64,000 nt of DNA from Candidatus Nanopelagicaceae bacterium (lineage in GTDB: Bacteria > Actinomycetota > Actinomycetes > Nanopelagicales > Nanopelagicaceae). Shown piece by piece: positions 37,809 through 46,896 of the stretch. Each line of letters begins with the position of its first letter. The stretch's first letter is position 1. Both the position numbers and the translations under genes were made by a program. The notes under the pieces were generated by a model that saw nothing but the letters and a program-made list of their open reading frames with translations, was not told the origin of the DNA and searched no databases. The DNA lies in the NCBI GenBank assembly GCA_018882745.1, contig VFFD01000001.1, positions 5,060 through 69,059 of the forward strand, given 5' to 3'.

Positions 37809-38876
37809 TTAAGGGCTCTGTAATCTCTCGACCGCTTCTTCAATGTTCGCATCAGTTGCAGTAAGTGCGATTCGGACATGCTGTGATCCCTTATCGCCAT
37901 AGAAGCGACCTGGAGTCACGATAATTCCTCTTTCTGCAAACCAGGTGACCGTACTCCAATCTTCTTCATTGCGTGTGCACCACAAATACAAACCAGCTTC
38001 AGAGAATTCAATTGTGAACCCTTGGGATTCGAGAGCGCGACGCAGATTGGCGCGTCGGCGACGGTATCGCTCTGACTGTTCTAATACATGCACTTCATCT
38101 GCGAGAGCAACAGTGGTTGCCTTTTGAATGGGAAGTGGAACCATCATTCCCATGTGTTTGCGAATCTCGAGCAGGCGCGCAATAAGTTTAGAATCTCCGG
38201 CGACAAAAGCGCCTCGATAGCCAGCCAAATTGGAACGCTTTGAAAGTGAGTGAACTGCAAGAAGGTTTGAATTCTTGCCTTGTGCAATAGCCAAGATAGA
38301 GCGACCACTCTTGAGATCAGGAAATGGCAGGTAACACTCATCACTCGCTACAACTGCGCCAGATTTTTCAGACCAATTCAAAACTTCTTTAAGTTCGCTA
38401 TCGCTATGCACCCGGCCCGTGGGATTCGATGGCGAATTAACCCATGCCAGATCAATCCCTGAAGTAGGCCATGAATCAGCTGAAATTCCTACTTCTTCCA
38501 CTATCGCCCCCGCCAATATGCCCCCTACGCGATACGTTGGATAAGCAATCTCCGGAATGAGAATCTTTTTTGCTTGAAGTAGAAATGGAAGTTGGGCGAC
38601 TAATTCTTTTGATCCAATGGTTGGTAGGACATCGAAATCCCCGGAGGCACCAAGAAAGTCGATGCAGTATTTTTTCAGCGCAGCTCGTAGATCTGGGGCG
38701 CCGGTCGTGACGGGATAGCTCGGCGAATTTGCATGGTCACGGAGAGCCTGCTGAATGAAGTCAGGGGTTGAATCAACGGGAGTTCCCTGTGAGAGATCAA
38801 TCGCACCACGCGGATGTTGCCGCGCCTTATCTCCGTACGGAGCGAGGGCGTCCCAAGGAAAATCGGGGAGCTTGAT
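37809..38876 (-). CDS. dapC: succinyldiaminopimelate transaminase (DapC family), proposed ATC start
   Basis: The tracked ORF (TTG 38516) lacks the N-terminus. The frame is open up to a TAA at 38886-38888. It encodes IKLPDFPWDALAPYGDKARQHPRGAIDLSQGTPVD..LPTIGSKELVAQLP, which is typical of DapC N-termini. AAGGAG lies 5 nt upstream of ATC 38876. Confidence 0.75.
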   Translation of the reverse strand: MKLPDFPWDALAPYGDKARQHPRGAIDLSQGTPVDSTPDFIQQALRDHANSPSYPVTTGAPDLRAALKKYCIDFLGASGDFDVLPTIGSKELVAQLPFLLQAKKILIPEIAYPTYRVGGILAGAIVEEVGISADSWPTSGIDLAWVNSPSNPTGRVHSDSELKEVLNWSEKSGAVVASDECYLPFPDLKSGRSILAIAQGKNSNLLAVHSLSKRSNLAGYRGAFVAGDSKLIARLLEIRKHMGMMVPLPIQKATTVALADEVHVLEQSERYRRRRANLRRALESQGFTIEFSEAGLYLWCTRNEEDWSTVTWFAERGIIVTPGRFYGDKGSQHVRIALTATDANIEEAVERLQSP

Positions 38877-38889
38877 AAAAACTCCTTAC

Positions 38890-39216
38890 TTACTCGGCTG
38901 CAGGCTTCTTTTGAATCTGAAGAAGTTTGGGGTGATCCTTAGCAACAGCGCCCATCTTGCTTGCACCACCAGGTGAGCCAAGATCATCGAAAAACTCGGC
39001 GTTGACCTCTTTGTAATCGCTCCACTGAGAAGGAACATCATCTTCGTAATAGATAGCCTCCACTGGACACACGGGTTCACATGCTCCGCAATCGACGCAC
39101 TCATCTGGCTGGATGTACATCATGCGATCGCCTTCATAGATGCAGTCGACGGGGCACTCTTCAATACAAGACTTATCTTTGACATCTACGCATGGAAGGG
39201 CGATTACATATGTCAC
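38890..39216 (-). CDS. fdxA: 7Fe ferredoxin ([3Fe-4S][4Fe-4S])
   Basis: 108 aa. MTYVIALPCVDVKDKSCIEECPVDCIYEG..CVDCGACEPVCPVEAI. Confidence 0.9.
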   Translation of the reverse strand: MTYVIALPCVDVKDKSCIEECPVDCIYEGDRMMYIQPDECVDCGACEPVCPVEAIYYEDDVPSQWSDYKEVNAEFFDDLGSPGGASKMGAVAKDHPKLLQIQKKPAAE

Positions 39217-39300
39217 GCTTAGCTCTCCTATCGCGGTTTTGGTTTTCCCGGTTCAGGTCTAACTTACTTTTAGACCTCGTATCCTACAGAATAAGCAGGT

Positions 39301-40719
39301 ATGAAGCGCGAGATAGGCAGAGAACGCACACTTCATATTTATGACACGCTTCAAAGAACCCTCGCCCCCGTCCTTGCCTCCGATGGGAAAACTTTCCGCA
39401 TCTATTGCTGCGGGCCTACCGTCTATCGCGATGCGCATGTAGGCAACTTGCGAACTTTTCTCTTAAGCGATCTCGTCCAACGCACCTTGGAGTTTGGTGG
39501 CGGAAATGTCCGCCTGATTCAAAACATTACTGATGTGGGCCACATGAGTGAAGACTTTGAAGAAGACAAGATCTTGGCTCAATCGAAAGTTGAAAATCGC
39601 GATCCATTTGCCGTTGCGCGGGATTACGAAGCCAAGTTTCATGCAGATTTATCCGCTATGAATGTCACTCCTGCCGCAGCCTATCCCCGGGCAAGTGAGT
39701 GCATTGCGATGATGATTGAACATATCTCTCACCTCATTGACATGGGATTTGCATATGTAGGTGAAGATTCGTCTGTCTACTTTGCCGCTGAGAAATTCGA
39801 GAGCTATGGCGAGTTGAGTGGTAATCGCTTAGCTGCACTCAAACCAGGGCATCGCTACGAATATAGCGAAGATGGAGCAAAGCGATTTCATGCCGATTGG
39901 GCGTTATGGAAAGCAGCAGGTAATCGCAGTGAGATGATCTGGAATACCCCATGGGGACTTGGCTTTCCTGGATGGCATATTGAATGTTCCGCAATGTCGC
40001 TTCACTATCTCCAGGGACATGTAGATCTTCACATCGGTGGAATAGATCTGCGATTTCCACACCACGAAAATGAAAGAGCGCAATCAAATCCACTTGTCGA
40101 AGGTGAAGCGGTATCGCTCTGGCTCCATGGAGAGCATCTCCTATTTGAGGGAAGAAAAATGTCGAAAAGTGCAGGCAATGTCGTTCTGCTCAGCGATGTC
40201 ATAGCACGGGGAATTGATCCATTGGCAGTGAGGTTCTGCTTTCTCGAAAATCGCTATCGCAGCCAGATGGATCTCTCGTGGCAATCAATTAACGCTGCTT
40301 TTTCTCTATTGCAAAGGTGGCGTGAGAAATATCAAAGTTGGAGGAGCGAGGGCGCAGAACTCACGCCGCATGCTAAAGAGAGTATTGCTTCGATGTACGG
40401 AGATTTCTGCAACGATCTTGATACGCCACGCGCACTCATAAAGCTACGTGCGCTAGAGAGAGATGAGAGTTACTCCCCTAGCGAAAAGGCTGCGATATTT
40501 GAGAGCGTAGACCGACTATTTGGAGTAGATCTCCTTGCAATCAGACCTCTGCGGGAACTCTCATTACATGCTAGAGAATTGCTGCAGCAACGAGATAGTG
40601 CACGTAGAGCAAAAGACTTCACATCGAGTGACAAGATTAGAGATCAGCTTCTACAACTTGGTATTGAGGTGCGCGATACAGTCAATGGTCAGTCGTGGAA
40701 CTGGGTGAGCACTCAATAG
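39301..40719 (+). CDS. cysS: cysteine--tRNA ligase
   Basis: 472 aa. HIGH-type motif reads AHVGN; also has KMSKS, GWHIECS and PHHENE. The C-terminal tail SDKIRDQLLQLGIEVRDTVNGQSW resembles the CysRS anticodon-binding end. That and the length argue against the shorter MshC paralogue. Confidence 0.8.
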   Translation: MKREIGRERTLHIYDTLQRTLAPVLASDGKTFRIYCCGPTVYRDAHVGNLRTFLLSDLVQRTLEFGGGNVRLIQNITDVGHMSEDFEEDKILAQSKVENRDPFAVARDYEAKFHADLSAMNVTPAAAYPRASECIAMMIEHISHLIDMGFAYVGEDSSVYFAAEKFESYGELSGNRLAALKPGHRYEYSEDGAKRFHADWALWKAAGNRSEMIWNTPWGLGFPGWHIECSAMSLHYLQGHVDLHIGGIDLRFPHHENERAQSNPLVEGEAVSLWLHGEHLLFEGRKMSKSAGNVVLLSDVIARGIDPLAVRFCFLENRYRSQMDLSWQSINAAFSLLQRWREKYQSWRSEGAELTPHAKESIASMYGDFCNDLDTPRALIKLRALERDESYSPSEKAAIFESVDRLFGVDLLAIRPLRELSLHARELLQQRDSARRAKDFTSSDKIRDQLLQLGIEVRDTVNGQSWNWVSTQ

Positions 40720-40755
40720 CGCGCAAACCCTGCAACTGGAATCTTGAGAGTGAAC

Positions 40756-41070
40756 TCACTTCTTTTGTCTTAGTAGAAACACAGCAATCAACCCGACGCC
40801 ACCGAAGACAAAAACATTGCCATAAAGATTGGCTTGGATGAGCACTTCCCCACCATTACCTATAGATGAAGCTCGAACAACGATCGATAACCAGCCCAAT
40901 GCAAAGAGAAAATTCGCTAATCGCGAAAGGTACATATTGCGAACGAGGCGCAGACCCAGGTGAAGAGCTAGAAGCGAAATTAGGAGACCAATAGGTCGAT
41001 ATGAGTTATGCAAGAAAGTTCCCGACACTGCAACGAGCGCTCCGAAAACGACGGAGACAATGAGCTTCAT
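40756..41070 (-). CDS. small conserved membrane protein (Rv1171-like position)
   Basis: 104 aa with three or four hydrophobic helices. ATGA overlap with the mshB stop. Confidence 0.5.
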   Translation of the reverse strand: MKLIVSVVFGALVAVSGTFLHNSYRPIGLLISLLALHLGLRLVRNMYLSRLANFLFALGWLSIVVRASSIGNGGEVLIQANLYGNVFVFGGVGLIAVFLLRQKK

Positions 41071-41930
41071 AAAGTGATGCCGGAGAAGAGATCAGTCTCG
41101 CGACCATCAGCGTTGCGGACAGTGCCAAGCTCTCCGTAGACCAATCGATAAAACTCGAGACCCCAAACTTTGAATCCTAAATTGTCGGAAAGGGCAAAGA
41201 ATGGCCCGTCTACTGAAATCTGTGTGGGATGGGCTCTCATTGCATCCATTTTTTTCTCAACAAATGCTTCGCCATCTATGACAGTTGTTACGAGATGGTC
41301 TGGTTGAGCGAAAGGAAAATCTTCTGCTTTGTCGACTCCAAAGAATTGATTGCCAGTATCTCTCATGGCTTCTATTCCTTGCTCGATGATTGATATGGGA
41401 ATCGTGTTCCAATAAATCTTTTGGATTCCCCATCCACGGCTCCGTGCCAATTCGGCAGCGCGCATGGCGACGCGATGAGCTTGAATGTGATCTGGATGGC
41501 CGTAACCGCCGATTTCATCGTAGGTAATCATCACATGAGGCTTAACTTCGAGAATGACTTGGACTAGAGATTCTGCGGCTTCATCGACATTGGCATTCCA
41601 AAAATTATCTTGTCGATTATTTGGCTCTGATCCCATCATTCCGCTATCTCTCCAAGATTTCTGGGGTGATCCAAGGAATCTAAAGTCAGTGACGCCGAGC
41701 ACGCTCATTGCATCCCTTAGCTCGAGCTCGCGATGCGCGCCCAACTTATCTTCTTTACCGCTTGCAAGATGTTCAAGTTCGGGAACAAGTACTTCACCTT
41801 CTTCACCACGAGTACATGTAACGAGAGTGACACCTACGCCTGCCGTTGCATACTTCGCCATCGTGACGCCGTTATTGATCGTCTCGTCATCGGGGTGTGC
41901 ATGTACAAGTAATAAGCGCGGTTTGGTCAT
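41067..41930 (-). CDS. mshB: N-acetyl-1-D-myo-inosityl-2-amino-2-deoxy-alpha-D-glucopyranoside deacetylase (PIG-L family)
   Basis: LLLVHAHPDDETINNG motif, HPDH motif and overall MshB-like pattern. Trimmed to ATG 41930 (MTKPRLLLVHAHPDDE). Confidence 0.8.
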   Translation of the reverse strand: MTKPRLLLVHAHPDDETINNGVTMAKYATAGVGVTLVTCTRGEEGEVLVPELEHLASGKEDKLGAHRELELRDAMSVLGVTDFRFLGSPQKSWRDSGMMGSEPNNRQDNFWNANVDEAAESLVQVILEVKPHVMITYDEIGGYGHPDHIQAHRVAMRAAELARSRGWGIQKIYWNTIPISIIEQGIEAMRDTGNQFFGVDKAEDFPFAQPDHLVTTVIDGEAFVEKKMDAMRAHPTQISVDGPFFALSDNLGFKVWGLEFYRLVYGELGTVRNADGRETDLFSGITL

Positions 41931-41985
41931 GATTAATTGCGAAGAATACTCACAATATTCGTTAAATGACCTACTTTCTCGTACG

Positions 41986-42612
41986 ATGGTTCCGATGAGC
42001 GGCATTGATAAATTAGATAACCGAGCTCGCCTACCTCGTGATGAGCGCCGAGCGCTTTTACTATCAGCGGCACTCGACGTTTTCACCGTATCTGGATACC
42101 ACGCTGCTTCAATGGACGATATTGCAGATAGGGCCAATGTCAGCAAGCCTGTTTTGTATCAACACTTTCCATCGAAACTTGATCTCTACCTGGCCGTATT
42201 AGATGTGCATATTGACTCCCTGGTCTTTGACCTTCAAAAAGCAATCGCATCGACAAAGGAAAATAAGAATCGCGTAAAGGCCACGGTCGATGCCTACTTT
42301 GGATTTATTGATGACGAAGGTGGAGCATTTCGCCTACTTTTTGAAAGTGATATGAGTATTGAACCGCAGGTGCGTGAGCGACTTAATCGAATGACATATG
42401 ACTGTGCAGCAGCAGTCAGCGCTGTCATTTCCTTAGACACGGGATTTCCTAAAGAAGAGTCGATGATGCTCGCCATAGGCTTGATTGGCTGTGCCCAAAT
42501 TACTGCGCGACATTGGCTTGAAAAAGAGGGGAAAATTGATCGCGCCAAAGCCTCAGCTCTTGTGACGAATCTTTTGTGGCGCGGAATTTCTGGATTTCCA
42601 CTTCAAGGCTAA
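41986..42612 (+). CDS. TetR family transcriptional regulator
   Basis: HTH region RRALLLSAALDVFTVSGYHAASMDDIADRANVSKPVLYQHFPSK. The tracked 352-aa ORF is extended antisense through mshB. Start is ATG 41986 or 41995. Confidence 0.8.
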   Translation: MVPMSGIDKLDNRARLPRDERRALLLSAALDVFTVSGYHAASMDDIADRANVSKPVLYQHFPSKLDLYLAVLDVHIDSLVFDLQKAIASTKENKNRVKATVDAYFGFIDDEGGAFRLLFESDMSIEPQVRERLNRMTYDCAAAVSAVISLDTGFPKEESMMLAIGLIGCAQITARHWLEKEGKIDRAKASALVTNLLWRGISGFPLQG

Positions 42613-42629
42613 ACCTTTAAGATATTCCC

Positions 42630-42899
42630 ATGACGACCAAAAAAGTTAATTCAACAAAATCTGATAGCGCTCGATCTGAAGTTCGTATCTCTGTAGCAGA
42701 CCAAGTTCGCGAACTCACCATCGAGACAACATCTGATCGCGATGAGGTTCTATCCATGATTAAGAAGTCATTGGCCTCTTCAGAACCCCTAGTTCTCTCT
42801 GATACACGTGGCCGTCAGTACGTCGTTCCTGCAGCAAAGATAGGTTCTGTTGAGATTGGTGATATCTCCGAACGTCGAGTTGGCTTCGCTGGCGCATAA
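42630..42899 (+). CDS. DUF3107 domain protein (TB9.4-like)
   Basis: 89 aa. VRISVADQVRELTIET..LVLSDTRGRQYVVPAAKIGSVEIG fits the DUF3107 pattern, and it lies downstream of a TetR gene as in mycobacteria. Confidence 0.65.
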   Translation: MTTKKVNSTKSDSARSEVRISVADQVRELTIETTSDRDEVLSMIKKSLASSEPLVLSDTRGRQYVVPAAKIGSVEIGDISERRVGFAGA

Positions 42900-42920
42900 T
42901 CTGCCTTTACATCACCACTT

Positions 42921-43631
42921 TTAAATCAAAGATAACTCTTCCAAAAGCGAGTATGTGATCTCTCGATAATCTGAGGCAACTTCGCTCTTGTTATCCAAAG
43001 TCAACAGTGATCGACCTTGAAGCTGCGAGATACTTACATTGAGATCAAAGCGAATACTTGGTTCAAGAACTGCAAAGTTAGTGGCAAACATTTCGCTGAT
43101 CTCACTGCTGATTTCGCCATTTACCGCCGTGAGAAGCAGATGAGCAGAACTTAAAAATCCAGAGGCTCGCGCAAAATCAAGGGTATGGAGCGCGCCGCGG
43201 ATTCCGAGGATTTCTGATGATGTGGGTATCAGCACCAGGTCGGCCATAGCCAGAAAGAATGTGGCAAGTCGTTGTGGGCCTGTTGCTGTATCTATGACGA
43301 CTAGATCAAACTCACTGAATGACGATCTGAGTTTCTCAGCAGAAAGTACTGTGTCAATATCAAGCGAGGCCAATCGAGATGAGGATGGCAATAAAGCAAA
43401 GCGTTCGGCAGTTTTTGCTACAGCGGAGTCAAGCGAATACTCCCCAGCCAGAAACTCTTTCGCAGTAATCCGAGGGTTCTCGATTCCACAACAAAACGTA
43501 AGAGCGGAACCAGGATCGGCATCGATGGCAAGAACTTTCTTTCCATACTCGACGGCAGCGACTGAAATTGCATGTGCAGTTGTGGTTTTTCCAACTCCGC
43601 CCGCAGTATTTGCCACGACAATAATTTTCAT
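42921..43631 (-). CDS. orphan ParA/Soj-like ATPase lacking the signature lysine
   Basis: 236 aa. The Walker A reads VVANTAGGVGKTTT, against the canonical NQKGGVGKTT. Also VLAIDADP and DLVVIDTA. Confidence 0.7.
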   Translation of the reverse strand: MKIIVVANTAGGVGKTTTAHAISVAAVEYGKKVLAIDADPGSALTFCCGIENPRITAKEFLAGEYSLDSAVAKTAERFALLPSSSRLASLDIDTVLSAEKLRSSFSEFDLVVIDTATGPQRLATFFLAMADLVLIPTSSEILGIRGALHTLDFARASGFLSSAHLLLTAVNGEISSEISEMFATNFAVLEPSIRFDLNVSISQLQGRSLLTLDNKSEVASDYREITYSLLEELSLI

Positions 43632-43644
43632 TCTTGTTCACCCA

Positions 43645-44439
43645 TCACGATGCAGCGCTATGTCGTGTACGCGCTTCTTTCATTTGGGGAGTTTCGCGAA
43701 ATGATTGTGGCAAGAGTCGAAGCGCGCTCCGAGTGCTCTTGAGCGCAAGATCTGTAGCCCCTACATGTCCGGGGAGAGTTGGCCAGCCATACAGTGATCG
43801 AGCCCAGCTCGGTAGCGCAGCTGCTGCAAGAGAAGTGATTCCTCCCCATAGTGGTGCAATCGGAGTTCCAAACCGAAGCAGAGGTGGAAGAGGCGGAAGC
43901 GCGATAAAAAGGGCGGCGCGCTTGGCATCATCTGAGGCGCTCAATTCCGGAGAGATTTCTTCGAAATATGCACGCAAATCGCCACGATTTCTTGGGACTC
44001 GATTCTCGTCGATACCGACAAGCAGAGCAAAGGTAACCATTTCCTCGATATAGCGATCTTGTTCCTCGTCGCTGAGTTGTAATCCTGATCGAAGAGCTGT
44101 GTCTATGAATGCATCAACCATTGCCATATGAACCCAGAGAAGTAAACGTTGATCATCCAATTTAAGCATGGCATGAACTTTGCGGACGCGCGCTGCTAAT
44201 TTCTCTGCTTCATCGCGAGTTCCAAAAGTTAACGTCCCAACATAATCACCTGTGCGCTGTAAACGGCCCCATGCATCCTCGCGGAAATTTGAGTGTGCTG
44301 CAACGCCTCCCATCGCTTCTGGGTGGAGCGCTTGTTCAAGTAGTGCACGAATTCCCCCCACAAACATCGAGGTATCGGAGTGAATCTTCCAAGTAATGGA
44401 GTGCGGGGTGTAGAAACCTGACTCTGATTTTTCACTCAT
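43645..44439 (-). CDS. DUF2236 / MpaB-family oxygenase-like protein
   Basis: 264 aa. HSITWKIHSDTSMFVGGIRALLEQALHPEAM pattern. Confidence 0.6.
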   Translation of the reverse strand: MSEKSESGFYTPHSITWKIHSDTSMFVGGIRALLEQALHPEAMGGVAAHSNFREDAWGRLQRTGDYVGTLTFGTRDEAEKLAARVRKVHAMLKLDDQRLLLWVHMAMVDAFIDTALRSGLQLSDEEQDRYIEEMVTFALLVGIDENRVPRNRGDLRAYFEEISPELSASDDAKRAALFIALPPLPPLLRFGTPIAPLWGGITSLAAAALPSWARSLYGWPTLPGHVGATDLALKSTRSALRLLPQSFRETPQMKEARTRHSAAS

Positions 44440-44440
44440 C

Positions 44441-45046
44441 TCAAAATAGCCCTTTGATACCGCTCATGAGCATTTCAAAAGCGATGGCAGCAGTAAGAAG
44501 TCCCGCAACTTTTGCCAATAACATCACGCCGGACTCTCGAATGAGTGAGACGACGTGAGTAGAGAACATCAATGTGACTCCAATAATGAGGTGCGCGCCA
44601 ATGACAGCTAGAGCCAGAGCTGTGGTCATCGCTGAGCCTTCAACTTCTTGGGCGAAAAGCATGATTGTTACGATCGCACCAGGGCCCGCCAATAAAGGAG
44701 TTCCGAGCGGAACGAGAGCAAGATTCTTTTCGATGTCATTACTCGAAGCGCTGTCATGGCCTTTGAGAAGATCAAGTGAAACCAATAGGAGCAGTAGACC
44801 GCCTGCGCCCTGCAGTGCAGGCATAGAGATATCTAGGTAATTAACAATGAATTGGCCAAAGAGCGCAAAGATTGTAATGACAAAGAGGGAGGTAGCTGCG
44901 GCCTGCCATGCCAACAAAGTACGTTGAGCGCGAGTGCGATTGCCGAGAACTCCGAGAAATATTGGTGTTGCACCAGGAGGATCGAGAATGACGACGAGGG
45001 TAACAAAAGCTTGCAGGCCAAAAGTAATGGCGTTGACATCACTCAT
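44441..45046 (-). CDS. MarC family (UPF0056) membrane protein
   Basis: Polytopic, with FVTLVVILDPPGATPIF motif. Start set at ATG 45046, which forms an ATGA overlap with the PHP gene stop. Confidence 0.7.
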   Translation of the reverse strand: MSDVNAITFGLQAFVTLVVILDPPGATPIFLGVLGNRTRAQRTLLAWQAAATSLFVITIFALFGQFIVNYLDISMPALQGAGGLLLLLVSLDLLKGHDSASSNDIEKNLALVPLGTPLLAGPGAIVTIMLFAQEVEGSAMTTALALAVIGAHLIIGVTLMFSTHVVSLIRESGVMLLAKVAGLLTAAIAFEMLMSGIKGLF

Positions 45047-45945
45047 CGCTGGACCACTCCCCTCCACTTTTCGTCACTATCAACTTTCGCAGAACTCGAA
45101 CTCGCATCTGCTCTCGCTTCGAGAGCCTCCCATTGTCGCGGATGAGTGGTGTACTCCGCCAATTGGTTTAGCTTTCCAGTTCCGTGGTAATCACTCGAGC
45201 CTGTAACAATCAAATCTCTCTCGATTGCAAGTCGAATGAGCTCTGACTTTTCGCTCTCTGAATGATCACGGTGATCGACTTCTACACCATCAAGGCCGGC
45301 TGAAATTAACTCATCGAAAAGCTCCACGCTGATAGTTCTACCTCTTTGCGATGCCAATGGATGAGCAATGATCGCAACTCCGCCGGCTTCTTTTATCAAT
45401 CTAATTGCATCACTTGGAGAGGGAGAATAGTGATTGATGTAAAACTTCGATTTGTTGTGTAGGAGCGCAGCAAAAGCTTCATCTCGTGAAGCGACATGCC
45501 CGCGAGCAACGAGTGCATCCGCAAGGTGAGGACGTCCCAAAGTGGCATCGCCTTTTCGTTGGGCATAAACCTCATCGATAGTGATATCGATTCCGGCTTC
45601 ATTGAGTCGAGTAATGATTTTTGCCATACGCGATAGTCGATTTTCACGCGTCTTTTCTAACTCTTCTCGGAGCGGTGTATAACGTGGATCAAAGAGGAGA
45701 CCAAGCATGTGAATGCTTATTCCTTGTGCATCTTGGCATGAGATTTCAGCGCCCAGGACCAATTTCATCGCAGAACGAGATGGGTGATGAAGTAACGCTT
45801 GGCTCGCCTCTTCCCAACCGCGAGTTGTGTCGTGATCAGTCAGCGCAACAACATCCAACCCCTTATTTATGGCTTTATCTATGAGTTGGCTTGGCGTATC
45901 TGTTCCATCACTGGCATTGGAATGGGTGTGTAAATCTATGAGCAC
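45043..45945 (-). CDS. PHP-domain metal-dependent phosphoesterase
   Basis: 300 aa. MLIDLHTHSNASDG, ALTDHDT and IIAHP motifs. Confidence 0.75.
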   Translation of the reverse strand: MLIDLHTHSNASDGTDTPSQLIDKAINKGLDVVALTDHDTTRGWEEASQALLHHPSRSAMKLVLGAEISCQDAQGISIHMLGLLFDPRYTPLREELEKTRENRLSRMAKIITRLNEAGIDITIDEVYAQRKGDATLGRPHLADALVARGHVASRDEAFAALLHNKSKFYINHYSPSPSDAIRLIKEAGGVAIIAHPLASQRGRTISVELFDELISAGLDGVEVDHRDHSESEKSELIRLAIERDLIVTGSSDYHGTGKLNQLAEYTTHPRQWEALEARADASSSSAKVDSDEKWRGVVQR

Positions 45946-45954
45946 AAGGAGAGA

Positions 45955-46851
45955 TTATCGTTTATCTGAATTCTTGCTCCGAAGTACGAAAATTCCACAG
46001 CCAATAAGCAGAAGAACTAGTCCTGGAACGGTACCTGCGGGTGGGAGTTGATCGAGCCACCAAAAAGCCAGAATTGCACTCACCGGAACTTCGAAGAAAA
46101 CAATCAAAGACACGATTGCAGGAGACACTCGCTTCAATGCAAAATTGAACATGGTATGTCCAAGTATCTGAGCTCCTGCAATAAGAGCAAGTAGCAACCA
46201 CCACTCTCGAGCATCGAAACCCCAGACTTGTGTCTGAGAAATCAAGGCAATCGGCAGTGCAGTGAGTGCGCAGACGAGATAACAAATTGAAGTGTAAGTA
46301 GATGTTGAAATAGTGCGCTGTGCATGCGAACCTAACATCACATAAAGAGCTGCAAGAGCTGCGCAAGCAATTGCAGCGAGGTCGCCAATAAATGCTCGTC
46401 GGGAGATCTGAAAGTCAACTCCGGTAATTATCAGCACACCAGAGAGACTGATAATCATCCCAAGCCACGCTTGACGAGGAATGTGTCCGCCTAATCGTTT
46501 CACAAGATACGCTGCAAAAATCGGTTGTAACGCAGTCAATGCAGTTCCTGCTGCAACTGTTGTGAACCTCATCGCAATAAAGAAGCCAATGAAATGAAAA
46601 GCCAGCGCTACACCAGCAAGTGCTGCCCATCGCATTCCTTGACGACTCTCTACTTTGCTCCACTCTCGATTACGCAAGGCGAAAGAAGCCATCAAAAGTG
46701 CGCCACCGAGATTTCGCCAGAAGATGAGAGCCAGAATAGGCATCGTGCTGAGGGCAATCACAGGTCCTGATGTACCGATGCCAACAATTCCAAGAAGTAA
46801 TAATGGAATATCTCGCCCACGTGGCATCTGCGTATGATCTTGATCGCGCAC
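45955..46851 (-). CDS. EamA/DMT family transporter
   Basis: 298 aa with about ten hydrophobic helices in two EamA-like halves. Confidence 0.7.
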   Translation of the reverse strand: MRDQDHTQMPRGRDIPLLLLGIVGIGTSGPVIALSTMPILALIFWRNLGGALLMASFALRNREWSKVESRQGMRWAALAGVALAFHFIGFFIAMRFTTVAAGTALTALQPIFAAYLVKRLGGHIPRQAWLGMIISLSGVLIITGVDFQISRRAFIGDLAAIACAALAALYVMLGSHAQRTISTSTYTSICYLVCALTALPIALISQTQVWGFDAREWWLLLALIAGAQILGHTMFNFALKRVSPAIVSLIVFFEVPVSAILAFWWLDQLPPAGTVPGLVLLLIGCGIFVLRSKNSDKR

Positions 46852-46896
46852 GGCGCAAACCTACTATCGGATAGCCTTAGCTCATGGAGGTACCTG

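Noticed and set aside
37809-38516. dapC looked like a 5'-truncated pseudogene, since only a 235-aa ORF starting at TTG appears in the track.
   Set aside because: The upstream 123 codons are open in frame and encode the conserved DapC N-terminus. An AAGGAG SD lies in front of an ATC codon. An intact gene with a non-canonical start, or a single-base assembly error, explains this better than decay.
39301-40719. This CysRS-like gene as MshC (the mycothiol ligase), given its proximity to mshB.
   Set aside because: At 472 aa it carries a CysRS-type C-terminal anticodon-binding tail (…IRDQLLQLGIEVRDTVNGQSW). MshC paralogues are shorter and lack this tail. It is called cysS, although a biochemical test would be needed to be sure.
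41554-41985. The first ~144 codons of the 352-aa plus-strand ORF.
   Set aside because: This stretch is antisense to mshB and has a low-complexity Ser/Pro-rich translation. The real TetR gene begins at ATG 41986 or 41995.
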